From NCBI GenBank assembly GCA_964362865.1, contig CAYIGD010000003.1:7926-40845 (forward strand): 32,920 nt of DNA. The letters run 5' to 3'. Shown one piece after another: positions 23,380-30,649 of the stretch. A model generated the notes under the pieces. It was given only the letters and a program-made list of their open reading frames with translations. It did not search any database and was not told the origin of the DNA. Positions within the stretch are counted from its first letter, which is position 1; each line of letters starts with the position of its first letter. This stretch comes from an uncultured Candidatus Saccharibacteria bacterium (GTDB lineage: Bacteria > Patescibacteriota > UBA1384 > JAGVHQ01). A program made the translations under genes and the position numbers.

Positions 23380-24301
23380 TTTCCTTTTTCAAGTCAGCTG
23401 GATATTTAAGGCGACGGTGATGGATCACTAATTCCGCCTCTACAAATGCCCGCGAGATTCGATTGAGTAAGGTTTCATTGACGCTGATGAGTTCGAGTTG
23501 TTTGTCAGCGACGCGCTCTTCAATCACCTCTTGCACAATTTCTTGAATTTTCGCGCGGGTGAACTCCCCTACGGCCCGCACGCGCGCCTCAATCGCGTCC
23601 GCGAGCATCACGAGCGCTGTTTCAAGGGAAAGCGGCTTCGGGCCTTGATAGCGAAAATCGTTAACCTTGACACGCTTGCCTTCATCCCGCGCGCGATCGT
23701 AAAAATAGCGCATCACCGCCGTGCCGTGGTGCTGGGGAATAAAGGCCGTTATCTCAGGCGGCAGGTTGTGCTCTTTGGCAAGCTTGAGGCCTTCTTCTAC
23801 GTGCGCCATGATTTTTAGAGCCGCGGCTTCATAATTTTCACCCTCTGGGGAGAGCGTTTTTCCCTCCCGTTGATTTTCAACGAACATCTCAGGATTTTTG
23901 AGTTTGCCGATGTCGTGGTAATAGGCCCCGATGCGGGTGAGAATCGGGTCGGCCCCAATCGCTTTTGCGACTCGGTGAGCAAGGTTGGCGATCATTAAAC
24001 TGTGGTGGTAAGTTCCCGGGGCTTCAGTTGCAAGGCGTACCAGTAGAGGATGCGAGAGACTGTCAAAGCGCAGCAGCCGCCGGAATGTGATTAAAAAATC
24101 TCGTAATACGGGGGTGATCACAAAAACGACTCCCACGGTGATCGTGGCTGATACAACCGAGCCGATAAACATCATCCCCAATCGGAGTAAACGATCGTCC
24201 GAGGTGAGAGTTCCAAAATATAAAAAAGAAACAATCGTAATGAAGTTCAGAATTGCTAGAACAAGGATGAGGGCTAATGCCGATGAAAACGGCCGATACA
24301 T
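23366..24301 (-). CDS. Membrane-anchored HD-domain phosphohydrolase (PgpH/YqfF-like HD domain, only about 2 TM)
   Basis: Two N-terminal hydrophobic helices, then HHSLMIANLAHRVAKAIGADPILTRIGAYYHDIGKL and IPQHHGT, typical of the 7TMR-HD family HD domain. Confidence 0.75.
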   Translation of the reverse strand: MYRPFSSALALILVLAILNFITIVSFLYFGTLTSDDRLLRLGMMFIGSVVSATITVGVVFVITPVLRDFLITFRRLLRFDSLSHPLLVRLATEAPGTYHHSLMIANLAHRVAKAIGADPILTRIGAYYHDIGKLKNPEMFVENQREGKTLSPEGENYEAAALKIMAHVEEGLKLAKEHNLPPEITAFIPQHHGTAVMRYFYDRARDEGKRVKVNDFRYQGPKPLSLETALVMLADAIEARVRAVGEFTRAKIQEIVQEVIEERVADKQLELISVNETLLNRISRAFVEAELVIHHRRLKYPADLKKENGTV

Positions 24302-24314
24302 ACGTTAGGCAAGG

Positions 24315-24409
24315 GAATGATGAATTATGAGTGATGAATTATGAATTTCGAAAAAGGGCGTTTTGCCTATGCGCTCATTCATAATTAATAATTCGTAATG
24401 CATAATTAT
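24315..24409 (-). repeat. AT-rich palindromic element, copy A
   Basis: Minus strand: ATAATTATGCATTACGAATTATTAATTATGAAT-gagcgcataggcaaaacgccctttttcgaa-ATTCATAATTCATCACTCATAATTCATCATTC. Stem is AATTATGAAT/ATTCATAATT. It lies between the yqeY-like stop (24406) and the HD-gene start (24301). Confidence 0.8.
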
Positions 24410-24852
24410 TTATTTGCGAGCTTTTCCCCAACTAACTTAGCCACCGCTCCCATGTCGGTCGTGGGGTCGAGTTTTTGCTTGAGCGCTCCCATTACTTTAC
24501 CCATGTCGTGCGGTCCGCTTGCTCCGGTAACGGAAATCGCTTCCTCAACGTGTGAGGTTAATGCTTCATTGGAAGGTTGGGCCGGTAGGTAGGCGTCCAG
24601 AATCTTAGCTTGCGATTCTTCTGCTTTGGCAAGCGCCCCGCGACCTGCTTTTTCGTAGTGCACGGCAGCCTCATACCGCTGCTTGATTTGGGTACGCACG
24701 ATCGTGATCTCAGCGGCCTCATCCAGCGGTTTACCAGCAGCAATCTCGGCATTCTGAAATGCCGCCTTCAAAAGGCGTAGAGTATCTACGCGCTCGGTGT
24801 CCTTTGCCTTGAGCGCGCCAACCAGTTCTTTTTCGATCTGGGAGCTAATCAT
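24406..24852 (-). CDS. GatB/YqeY domain protein
   Basis: 148 aa. IEKELVGALKAKDTERVDTLRLLKAAFQNAEI and the C-terminal MGKVMGALKQKL are typical of the YqeY family. Confidence 0.85.
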   Translation of the reverse strand: MISSQIEKELVGALKAKDTERVDTLRLLKAAFQNAEIAAGKPLDEAAEITIVRTQIKQRYEAAVHYEKAGRGALAKAEESQAKILDAYLPAQPSNEALTSHVEEAISVTGASGPHDMGKVMGALKQKLDPTTDMGAVAKLVGEKLANK

Positions 24853-24936
24853 TTCGCTAGTCTCCTATTGTCTCACGCCAGCTGCTCAGTTCTCTTTTTC
24901 TGGATACTGGTAATTGGTCACTGGCTACTACTTTCC

Positions 24937-25176
24937 CTAATACCCTCTCTTAATGCGCTTGCGGACAGCCTTACGACGCGCAATCACGCGTAATTTCGAA
25001 CGCGATAAACTTTTCTCGCGAAACCGGCGTTTTTTAATTTCAGAAAGAATCCCGCTTTGCTGTACGTCGCGGAAGAACCTGCGCAATGTTACTTCAAAAC
25101 TGGGTCCCCTGCCTCGCGGGGCAAGAGTGTCGGTTTCTTTTTCGCCTTGGTAATCACGATAAGGTGCGGATTGCAA
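24937..25176 (-). CDS. rpsU: 30S ribosomal protein S21 (with N-terminal extension, TTG start)
   Basis: FEVTLRRFFRDVQQSGILSEIKKRRFREKSLSRSKLRVIARRKAVRKRIKRGY matches the S21 core. There is an in-frame TGA three codons upstream of TTG 25176, and an AAGGAAGGGG SD. Confidence 0.8.
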   Translation of the reverse strand: MQSAPYRDYQGEKETDTLAPRGRGPSFEVTLRRFFRDVQQSGILSEIKKRRFREKSLSRSKLRVIARRKAVRKRIKRGY

Positions 25177-25199
25177 ATGTAATCACCCCTTCCTTGTTA

Positions 25200-25260
25200 G
25201 TGAATTATGAATGACGACATTAAGCATAGATGGGATGTTTTATATTCATAATTCATAATT
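25200..25260 (-). repeat. AT-rich palindromic element, copy B
   Basis: Minus strand: AATTATGAATTATGAATA-taaaacatcccatctatgcttaatgtcg-TCATTCATAATTCAC. 12-bp perfect stem TGAATTATGAAT/ATTCATAATTCA. It lies between the HIT stop (25261) and the rpsU SD. Confidence 0.8.
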
Positions 25261-25626
25261 TTATGATCCCGAACCGTTCAGTTGTTCGTTCATTTTCCCA
25301 AGCGGCTGCCCGCCGAGAATGTGCAGATGGACATGGTCCACGATTTGGCCAGAATCCTTGCCAACGTTAAACACCAAACGGTAGCCGTCTTTGTTAAGCT
25401 CTTTGTTTTTGGCGACTTTGCGGGCGACGTCAATCATATGCCCAAAGAGTTTTTCGTTCACTTCACTCATATCATCAACAGACGCAATGTGTTTTTTGGG
25501 TACAACTAAAAGGTGCACGGCCGCGCGCGGGTTGATATCCCAAAAAACGGCAACATCGTTGTCGGAGTATTCGATGTTTGCCGGGCTTTTTCCGGCGCTA
25601 ATACGGCAAAAAATGCATTCGTCCAT
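25261..25626 (-). CDS. HIT-family (Hint-like) nucleotide hydrolase
   Basis: CIFCRI...HLLVVPKKH...HVHLHILGG (histidine triad). Confidence 0.9.
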   Translation of the reverse strand: MDECIFCRISAGKSPANIEYSDNDVAVFWDINPRAAVHLLVVPKKHIASVDDMSEVNEKLFGHMIDVARKVAKNKELNKDGYRLVFNVGKDSGQIVDHVHLHILGGQPLGKMNEQLNGSGS

Positions 25627-25652
25627 CTCGTCCTTTCAGTCCTCGATGTGCA

Positions 25653-26138
25653 CTAGCTTATCCAGACAAAACGTTTACGTCGTAGCCGATTGCGCAGAAT
25701 CGGTCTCTTTAAGATGCCCTGCGCACGCGCTTCGCGTACAAAGGGTTGCCAATTCCGCTTGAGCCAAGTCTTGGATAAATATACCACCTCTTTGAGCCCG
25801 CGGTCAACCAGTTCCCTACCCACCACGCCCCCTCGATGGGGGTGGCGATAAGCTCGTTCGGAAACAGTATGCACACCATGGACCCAGTGGGCCAACTCAT
25901 GCGCGATTACTTCGCGGACCACAAAGCGCGGAATCCGTGGATTACGGAATAGGCCGTTTACGCGAATCAGTGTGCCCTCAGCAGGGTCGCTCGGTTTCAT
26001 TAACCTGATCGAACCTAACCTGACGGCCGTCGGACGACCAAACACAATTCTGATTGAATCAGTTTGTTCAATCTGGGGAAAATGGTCGCGCGTGAGCTGA
26101 TTAAATTCGTTTTGAAGCCATTCTTTAGTTCGAAGCAT
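25653..26138 (-). CDS. SprT-like / DUF45-like zinc metallopeptidase-fold protein
   Basis: HExxH motif (VIAHELAHWVHGVH) preceded by FGRPTAVRLGSIRL. The start is ATG 26138 or GTG 26150. The family assignment is approximate. Confidence 0.5.
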   Translation of the reverse strand: MLRTKEWLQNEFNQLTRDHFPQIEQTDSIRIVFGRPTAVRLGSIRLMKPSDPAEGTLIRVNGLFRNPRIPRFVVREVIAHELAHWVHGVHTVSERAYRHPHRGGVVGRELVDRGLKEVVYLSKTWLKRNWQPFVREARAQGILKRPILRNRLRRKRFVWIS

Positions 26139-26285
26139 ACTATGTCCCACTACTCAGTATATAGAAAAACCGTCCCGATCGGAGCGATTTTTTTGTTCGT
26201 TTCCAATGCATGACTCCTTGACCCACTTCCCTCCTCTTTCATCTAAGCCTCGATTGATCTGTACCCTGTTCATACCGTAAATTGC

Positions 26286-26314
26286 TTGACACCATAAAAG
26301 ATATATGCTATTCT
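26286..26314 (+). promoter_or_regulatory. Sigma-70-like promoter TTGACA - 17 nt - TATTCT upstream of the SLT gene
   Basis: Read directly: TTGACAccataaaagatatatgcTATTCT. Confidence 0.5.
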
Positions 26315-26320
26315 CCTGTG

Positions 26321-26351
26321 TTCTCTTGGGTATGTCCCGAGAGAATTTTTT
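26321..26351 (+). terminator. Promoter-proximal intrinsic-terminator-like hairpin
   Basis: TTCTCTTGGG-tatgt-CCCGAGAGAA (10 bp including one G-U) followed by TTTTTT. It starts about 7 nt after the -10 element and 88 nt before the SLT ATG. Confidence 0.6.
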
Positions 26352-26438
26352 AATCGCCTCATCGGCGAATAACCCTCCGTAGCGAGACCTATTTTTCCAA
26401 AAGGTAACGCGCAGGACGGGTGTTAAAAGGAAATCGCA

Positions 26439-27134
26439 ATGAAAACGACTGCAAAGAAAATTCGTACAACCAAACAAACGGCCATTCCCTTCTGGAAAAA
26501 GGCCATTGCTGTAATCGCTCGGGCAGCCGGTGTTGCGCGCGTTCTTTTTGCCGTGCCAGTGATTGCCGCGGGAGTCGTTCCCGTTCAACCGGTTGGGCCA
26601 TCTCATGCTCCGGTTTCCTCTGCGCTCGTTTCGTTTGAGCGCTTGGCAGTACCAACCGTCCGTTTCGCCCGAGCCGATTTTACCCCGCATCTTGTGTATG
26701 CGCGTTCTTCGGTTCGGGACGTTACCGCGCGCGAACGCCCCCCGCAGGCTGAAATCACTCCTGAGCCTTCGTTTAGTGAAAAGCGGGCCTTGGTGCAGCA
26801 AGCGGCTGCCACCTATGGGATTGACTGGCGTTACCTGGAAGCGGTTTGGCAGGTGGAATCCGGTAAAAGTTGGGATACCCAGATTACCTCATACGCCGGG
26901 GCGCAGGGGCCGTGGCAGTTTATGCGCGGCACCTGGAGGGCGCACGCTTTTGTGGACGCCAATGGCGACGGTGCCATTTCGATTAACTCCGCCACCGACG
27001 GGGCCTATGCCGCCGCGCACTTACTTGCTTTTGCCGGAGCCGACCGAGGCGACTGGGACGCAGCGTTGTTCTCGTATAACCACTCCCGCGCCTACGTTGA
27101 GCTGGTCAAACAGATCGCCGATTCGATCCAGTAA
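26439..27134 (+). CDS. Membrane-anchored lytic transglycosylase (SLT domain)
   Basis: N-terminal TM, then YLEAVWQVESGKSW, GAQGPWQFMRGTW and FSYNHSRAYV (the E-S, GxxQ...T and YN motifs of family 1 LTs). SD is AAAGGAAA. Confidence 0.85.
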   Translation: MKTTAKKIRTTKQTAIPFWKKAIAVIARAAGVARVLFAVPVIAAGVVPVQPVGPSHAPVSSALVSFERLAVPTVRFARADFTPHLVYARSSVRDVTARERPPQAEITPEPSFSEKRALVQQAAATYGIDWRYLEAVWQVESGKSWDTQITSYAGAQGPWQFMRGTWRAHAFVDANGDGAISINSATDGAYAAAHLLAFAGADRGDWDAALFSYNHSRAYVELVKQIADSIQ

Positions 27135-27138
27135 CTTT

Positions 27139-27834
27139 TTAGTAATTTCCGGGTGGATTACCGGGCCAGCCAGGACTGGCAAGCTGTAAGTATTTTTTTG
27201 TGTTACGAATGAAATCGTCTGTCAGTTCGACATTATTTTGATTCTCTAAAAACGTTACAAAGCGGTACGCCCCGCCTTTGCACCCCGCGACCCCCGCGTT
27301 GTTGGGGTCGGCTTGATCAATCACACCGTCACCATCGTTGTCCTGCTTGCTTTCATATTCATACGGGAAGTCTGTGAGCAGATTGCGGGAAATCTTAAAG
27401 GCCGGATCTTCTGGCAATGGGTTGATGTATTTGGGGGTCAAAAGCGTTTTTGCGGGAGAAATCCACCCCTGGACAATCGTGTCTGCGTTCAGGTAATACA
27501 CACCCGATCCATTATTGGAAGGAGTATTGGGGTAGCAGCGTTCGTCCGCCCACAATTGTTCGGCAGCCGCCTCGAGCGCTTTCAGATCTCCCTTACGCGT
27601 CGTATCACGGGCGGCAACCCGTGCGTGCCCCACGGAAACCATGATTACAAGTGCCAGAATGGATAGCACTACCATCACAACCAAAAGCTCGATCAGCGTA
27701 AAGCCAGAGGCTTTACGCAAATTATGAGTGATCCCACTTCGCCAAGGCTTCGAGGGATGAGTGAATGATGAATTACGAATGCCTGCACCTGCATTCTTCC
27801 GGTCATTCATAATTCGTAATTCATAATTCGTCAT
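27139..27834 (-). CDS. Type IV pilin / pseudopilin-like protein 1 (start uncertain)
   Basis: Class III signal G|FTLIELLVVMVVLSILALV followed by a variable globular part with two Cys. The ORF from ATG 27834 gives a 44-aa pre-sequence. An in-frame TTG at 27720 would give the canonical leader MRKASG|FTLIE. Confidence 0.85.
   Translation of the reverse strand: MTNYELRIMNDRKNAGAGIRNSSFTHPSKPWRSGITHNLRKASGFTLIELLVVMVVLSILALVIMVSVGHARVAARDTTRKGDLKALEAAAEQLWADERCYPNTPSNNGSGVYYLNADTIVQGWISPAKTLLTPKYINPLPEDPAFKISRNLLTDFPYEYESKQDNDGDGVIDQADPNNAGVAGCKGGAYRFVTFLENQNNVELTDDFIRNTKKYLQLASPGWPGNPPGNY
27763..27834 (-). repeat. AT-rich palindromic element, copy P1 (inside the pilin-1 5' end)
   Basis: Minus strand: ATGACGAATTATGAATTACGAATTATGAATG-accggaagaatgcaggtgcaggc-ATTCGTAATTCATCATTC. 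13-bp perfect stem ATGAATTACGAAT/ATTCGTAATTCAT. Confidence 0.8.
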
Positions 27835-27838
27835 TATC

Positions 27839-28489
27839 TTAAAAGCTTTTTACTCCCCATAAAGCGTTGTCCCACAGTGCGCCGCCGGTTTGAATGAGAG
27901 TCATTACCACCCCTTGCTCGCAAAACGGCGGGTTTTGGCCAGTTGAAACGAGAAAACTGCATGATACCGTTGGCTGGTCGACGTCTCCTTCCAGTTCCAG
28001 GCCGGCAAGCAAGCGATAACGGCTTGCGCCTTTGGCCGGAGTAATCACATTGTTGGTGCCATCCGTGGCCTGGAAGGCGTAGAAGTTTGGGACAGCTTGG
28101 TTGCGTGGCCGCGGGTCAGCCGGCACTGTGATCAGAAACTGCGGAACCAAGGCGCTTAAGCCATCTTGGGCTTTCCAACTGCCATGCATTGAGGGGTATT
28201 GGCGGGTTGCTTGAAAATACGTTTCCAGTCCAGATTGAATTTGGCGTAAATCTTCCTTGCGGCGCACGTCCCGGGCCCGGGCGCGTGCCGCACCGCCGCT
28301 GACGGCCACGATGGAAATTAGAAGCGCAATTATGACAATCACTAAGAGCATCTCGACTAACGTAAATCCACTCGATGAATGACGGATGATCCCACTTCGC
28401 CACGGCTTTGAGGGGCGAGTGAATGACGAATCATGCATGTGGGTCGTGTGCCTTCGATAATTCATCACTTGTAATTCGTCATTGGTCAC
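27839..28489 (-). CDS. Type IV pilin / pseudopilin-like protein 2 (start uncertain)
   Basis: G|FTLVEMLLVIVIIALLISIV class III signal. The ORF from GTG 28489 gives a 41-aa pre-sequence, and internal ATGs give 33- or 24-aa leaders. There is no canonical start close to the cleavage site. Confidence 0.85.
   Translation of the reverse strand: MTNDELQVMNYRRHTTHMHDSSFTRPSKPWRSGIIRHSSSGFTLVEMLLVIVIIALLISIVAVSGGAARARARDVRRKEDLRQIQSGLETYFQATRQYPSMHGSWKAQDGLSALVPQFLITVPADPRPRNQAVPNFYAFQATDGTNNVITPAKGASRYRLLAGLELEGDVDQPTVSCSFLVSTGQNPPFCEQGVVMTLIQTGGALWDNALWGVKSF
28421..28489 (-). repeat. AT-rich palindromic element, copy P2 (inside the pilin-2 5' end, overlapping the DUF3048 stop)
   Basis: Minus strand: GTGACCAATGACGAATTACAAGTGATGAATTATCG-aaggcacacgacccacatgcatg-ATTCGTCATTC. 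10-bp stem AATGACGAAT/ATTCGTCATT. Confidence 0.7.
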
Positions 28490-29648
28490 TCTTTTCCGCT
28501 GTTCCTTCTGTATACGTAAAGGTTGCTCCGGGTGAGATCACCTCGATCCACATCTGGCCTGGGTTGAATTTTATTGCCTTGGAATTTTCGTCTTGAAACT
28601 GAATTCGCTCCTTTTTGTTCGCCTTTTTCCAGGTGCCTTTAACAACACCGCCATCCTGAAAAATCGTCGCTGTGCCGGAGCCGATCGTTTGCAAGTCCCA
28701 CCCTGCTTCATTGATGCGGGTTATGATCGGATTGCCCTTGAGTTCGATCACGGCCACAACCACGGGGGCAATCTGTGCACCATTCTGCGCGTCTTTGTGG
28801 GGCGCTGCGGCCTGAGCGCGTTTGTAGGTATTTGATTTTAGCTCATACGTGTACACGACTTTGTAAGCGGGAGCCGAAAAATCAATCGTTACCGATCCTC
28901 CATTCAGCCGTTTCTCTTTGGCAAGCGGTTCTTTAAATGCGTAGGTGGTAAAGTTTTGTTGCGCGCCGTATCTATCTTCTCCCAAGGCGAACAGCGTTTT
29001 TGTATCCGAAAACATTGTGTGTTCGGTGGCCAACCCCACTCGCGGCTCGCGGCGATAGGATTTGCCGTTGGCAAATTGGTCAAGGTCAAGGACGTTGTCG
29101 GCGCGAATTTGGTCTAAGGCGTCAATATTGCCTCCCACATGCGCCAGATACGCCCCTAACCCGAGCGCCCAGTCCACGAAATAGGTACGCGCGCTGCGTA
29201 CCGGGCCCACCTTGGGGGCATCCTGCGGACCATAGATGGCCAGAAATCGGGTGATGCCGCCTTCCGCGATTGCTTCAAACACAATACTTGCTTTTGTTAG
29301 GCCACTTTGGGGGCGGGCGTCGGTGTGGTTTTCAATCACAACTGCCAAGGGATTGCGGGCGGCCAAAGCCGGTTCGGCACGCGTGCCGTCCAGCGCTGAG
29401 CTGACTCGCGTATCTTTCTTGTGATCTTTTTTTTGCAAAATTGACGCAATCGAGGGCGTCTTGCCCTGAAAATAACGGGTATAAACGGCCCACCCCCCCA
29501 CAAGCAGAATTACCGCGATCAGCCCTACCAGGGACCATCGTAGGGTGCGTTTGGGATTGATGCTTGATTCCACCCGGACCACGTCTTTTTTAGGTGGGAC
29601 GACTGGTTGATGGTCTTGGGAATCAAACTCGACAAGTTCTTCCGACAT
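28479..29648 (-). CDS. DUF3048 (YerB-like) membrane-anchored protein
   Basis: PLAVVIENHTDARPQSGLTKASIVFEAIAEGGITRFLAIY is the DUF3048 signature. I prefer the start at ATG 29648 (AAGGAGG-ggt-ATG), giving a cytoplasmic tail plus one TM. Confidence 0.8.
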   Translation of the reverse strand: MSEELVEFDSQDHQPVVPPKKDVVRVESSINPKRTLRWSLVGLIAVILLVGGWAVYTRYFQGKTPSIASILQKKDHKKDTRVSSALDGTRAEPALAARNPLAVVIENHTDARPQSGLTKASIVFEAIAEGGITRFLAIYGPQDAPKVGPVRSARTYFVDWALGLGAYLAHVGGNIDALDQIRADNVLDLDQFANGKSYRREPRVGLATEHTMFSDTKTLFALGEDRYGAQQNFTTYAFKEPLAKEKRLNGGSVTIDFSAPAYKVVYTYELKSNTYKRAQAAAPHKDAQNGAQIAPVVVAVIELKGNPIITRINEAGWDLQTIGSGTATIFQDGGVVKGTWKKANKKERIQFQDENSKAIKFNPGQMWIEVISPGATFTYTEGTAEKSDQ

Positions 29649-29764
29649 ACCCCTCCTTACGTCGCAACCAATACGGACATTTGTTGTGGGTAAAACACCT
29701 GCATTTTTAGAATACAGGATTGAGTAAAACGAACATACCGCGTAGATCTCGTGCGATTGCCCTC

Positions 29765-29992
29765 CTACAGTAAACCTTGCATCCAAGTAAGCACCTGGCT
29801 CAACAGGTTTTTGATGATCGGCACCGAGGCAGGCACAAACAGAACGAGGAGCACGATAAATAAAATACTCTTGCGGATAAAATGCACAAACACGATCAAA
29901 AAAGCGAGCAACAGAAAAAGCGAGACCGCCCAGTGGTACTGGGTCGGGAAAAACCCCAGGATCAAATCGTAGATCCGCGTCAGAATATCCAC
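29765..29992 (-). CDS. Small two-TM membrane protein, hypothetical
   Basis: 75-aa ORF with two long hydrophobic segments. I recognise no family. Confidence 0.4.
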   Translation of the reverse strand: MDILTRIYDLILGFFPTQYHWAVSLFLLLAFLIVFVHFIRKSILFIVLLVLFVPASVPIIKNLLSQVLTWMQGLL

Positions 29993-30126
29993 CTTTTTAC
30001 TATAGCAAATGTCAGCTACTCACGTCTTTACTCTTGAATTAAAAGAGTTTTTGCGATATCGTGGCCGTAGCACAGATTGCGCCGCAACGCGTAACTGAAC
30101 AAATCGAATCGAAAGGTTTTTTACGC

Positions 30127-30579
30127 ATGGTTACTGATGAGCATCCTGGCATCCGTTTCACCTCGCGGGAGTTGGCAGTCCTTGATCAACTTTGCAAGGG
30201 CTATACGGACAAGGATATCGCCTGGGAGCTCTATGTTGCTCCCAGAACCGTGAGTTTCCATCTGACCAATATGCGGCAGAAAGCGGGGGTGCATTCCCGC
30301 ACCGCGCTTCTGATGGTCGCCATCAAAGCCGGTATGATTAAGATTGATTCCGGTTTGCAATTGTGCTTGCCCGTCACGCTCACGCTCCGCCAGATTCAAG
30401 TCCTGCAACTGGCGGGCGAACACAGCAGGCAAGCAGCCTCAGCGCTGGGGATTGCCAAGCACACCGTGGATTATAATTGGGGGAGAATCTACGCTGCGCT
30501 TCAGGTGTGTAATCGCCCGCAGGCGCTTGTACGAGCGTTTCAGCTCGGTTTGATCACGCTCCCCTCCTCGTCCGATTGA
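30127..30579 (+). CDS. Transcription regulator with two tandem LuxR/GerE-type HTH domains and no sensor domain
   Basis: Domain 1: FTSRELAVLDQLCKGYTDKDIAWELYVAPRTVSFHLTNMRQKAGVHSRTALLMVAIKAGMI. Domain 2: LTLRQIQVLQLAGEHSRQAASALGIAKHTVDYNWGRIYAALQVCNRPQALVRAFQLGLI. The start is ATG 30127 or GTG 30061. Confidence 0.75.
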   Translation: MVTDEHPGIRFTSRELAVLDQLCKGYTDKDIAWELYVAPRTVSFHLTNMRQKAGVHSRTALLMVAIKAGMIKIDSGLQLCLPVTLTLRQIQVLQLAGEHSRQAASALGIAKHTVDYNWGRIYAALQVCNRPQALVRAFQLGLITLPSSSD

Positions 30580-30615
30580 CCGCTGGGCCCCGCTCCCGCG
30601 CCCCCGAAGCGGTTT

Positions 30616-30649
30616 GATCCCTCGCCTGCCCGGAAGGAGGCGAGGGATC
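30616..30649. terminator. Hairpin between the convergent LuxR-like and nfo genes
   Basis: GATCCCTCGCCT-gcccggaagg-AGGCGAGGGATC, a 12-bp perfect stem. On the plus strand it is followed by ATTTAATTT. It overlaps the nfo stop codon. Confidence 0.6.

Noticed and set aside
26341-26438. c-di-AMP (ydaO) riboswitch upstream of the SLT gene
   Set aside because: Only one short segment (AACCCTCCGTAGCG) resembles the consensus. The conserved GGGGACCCA and GGGGUGAAUCC blocks and the pseudo-symmetric architecture are absent. I kept it only as something to test with cmsearch.
26154-26801. 215-aa minus-strand ORF
   Set aside because: It overlaps the plus-strand SLT gene, which has clear catalytic motifs and an SD, and it also spans the intergenic promoter region. 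The product is Arg/Gly-rich with no recognisable domain.
24315-28489. CRISPR array formed by the AATTATGAAT repeats
   Set aside because: The units are 10 nt long and either contiguous or in inverted orientation. There are no 25-40-nt direct repeats with uniform spacers and no cas genes.
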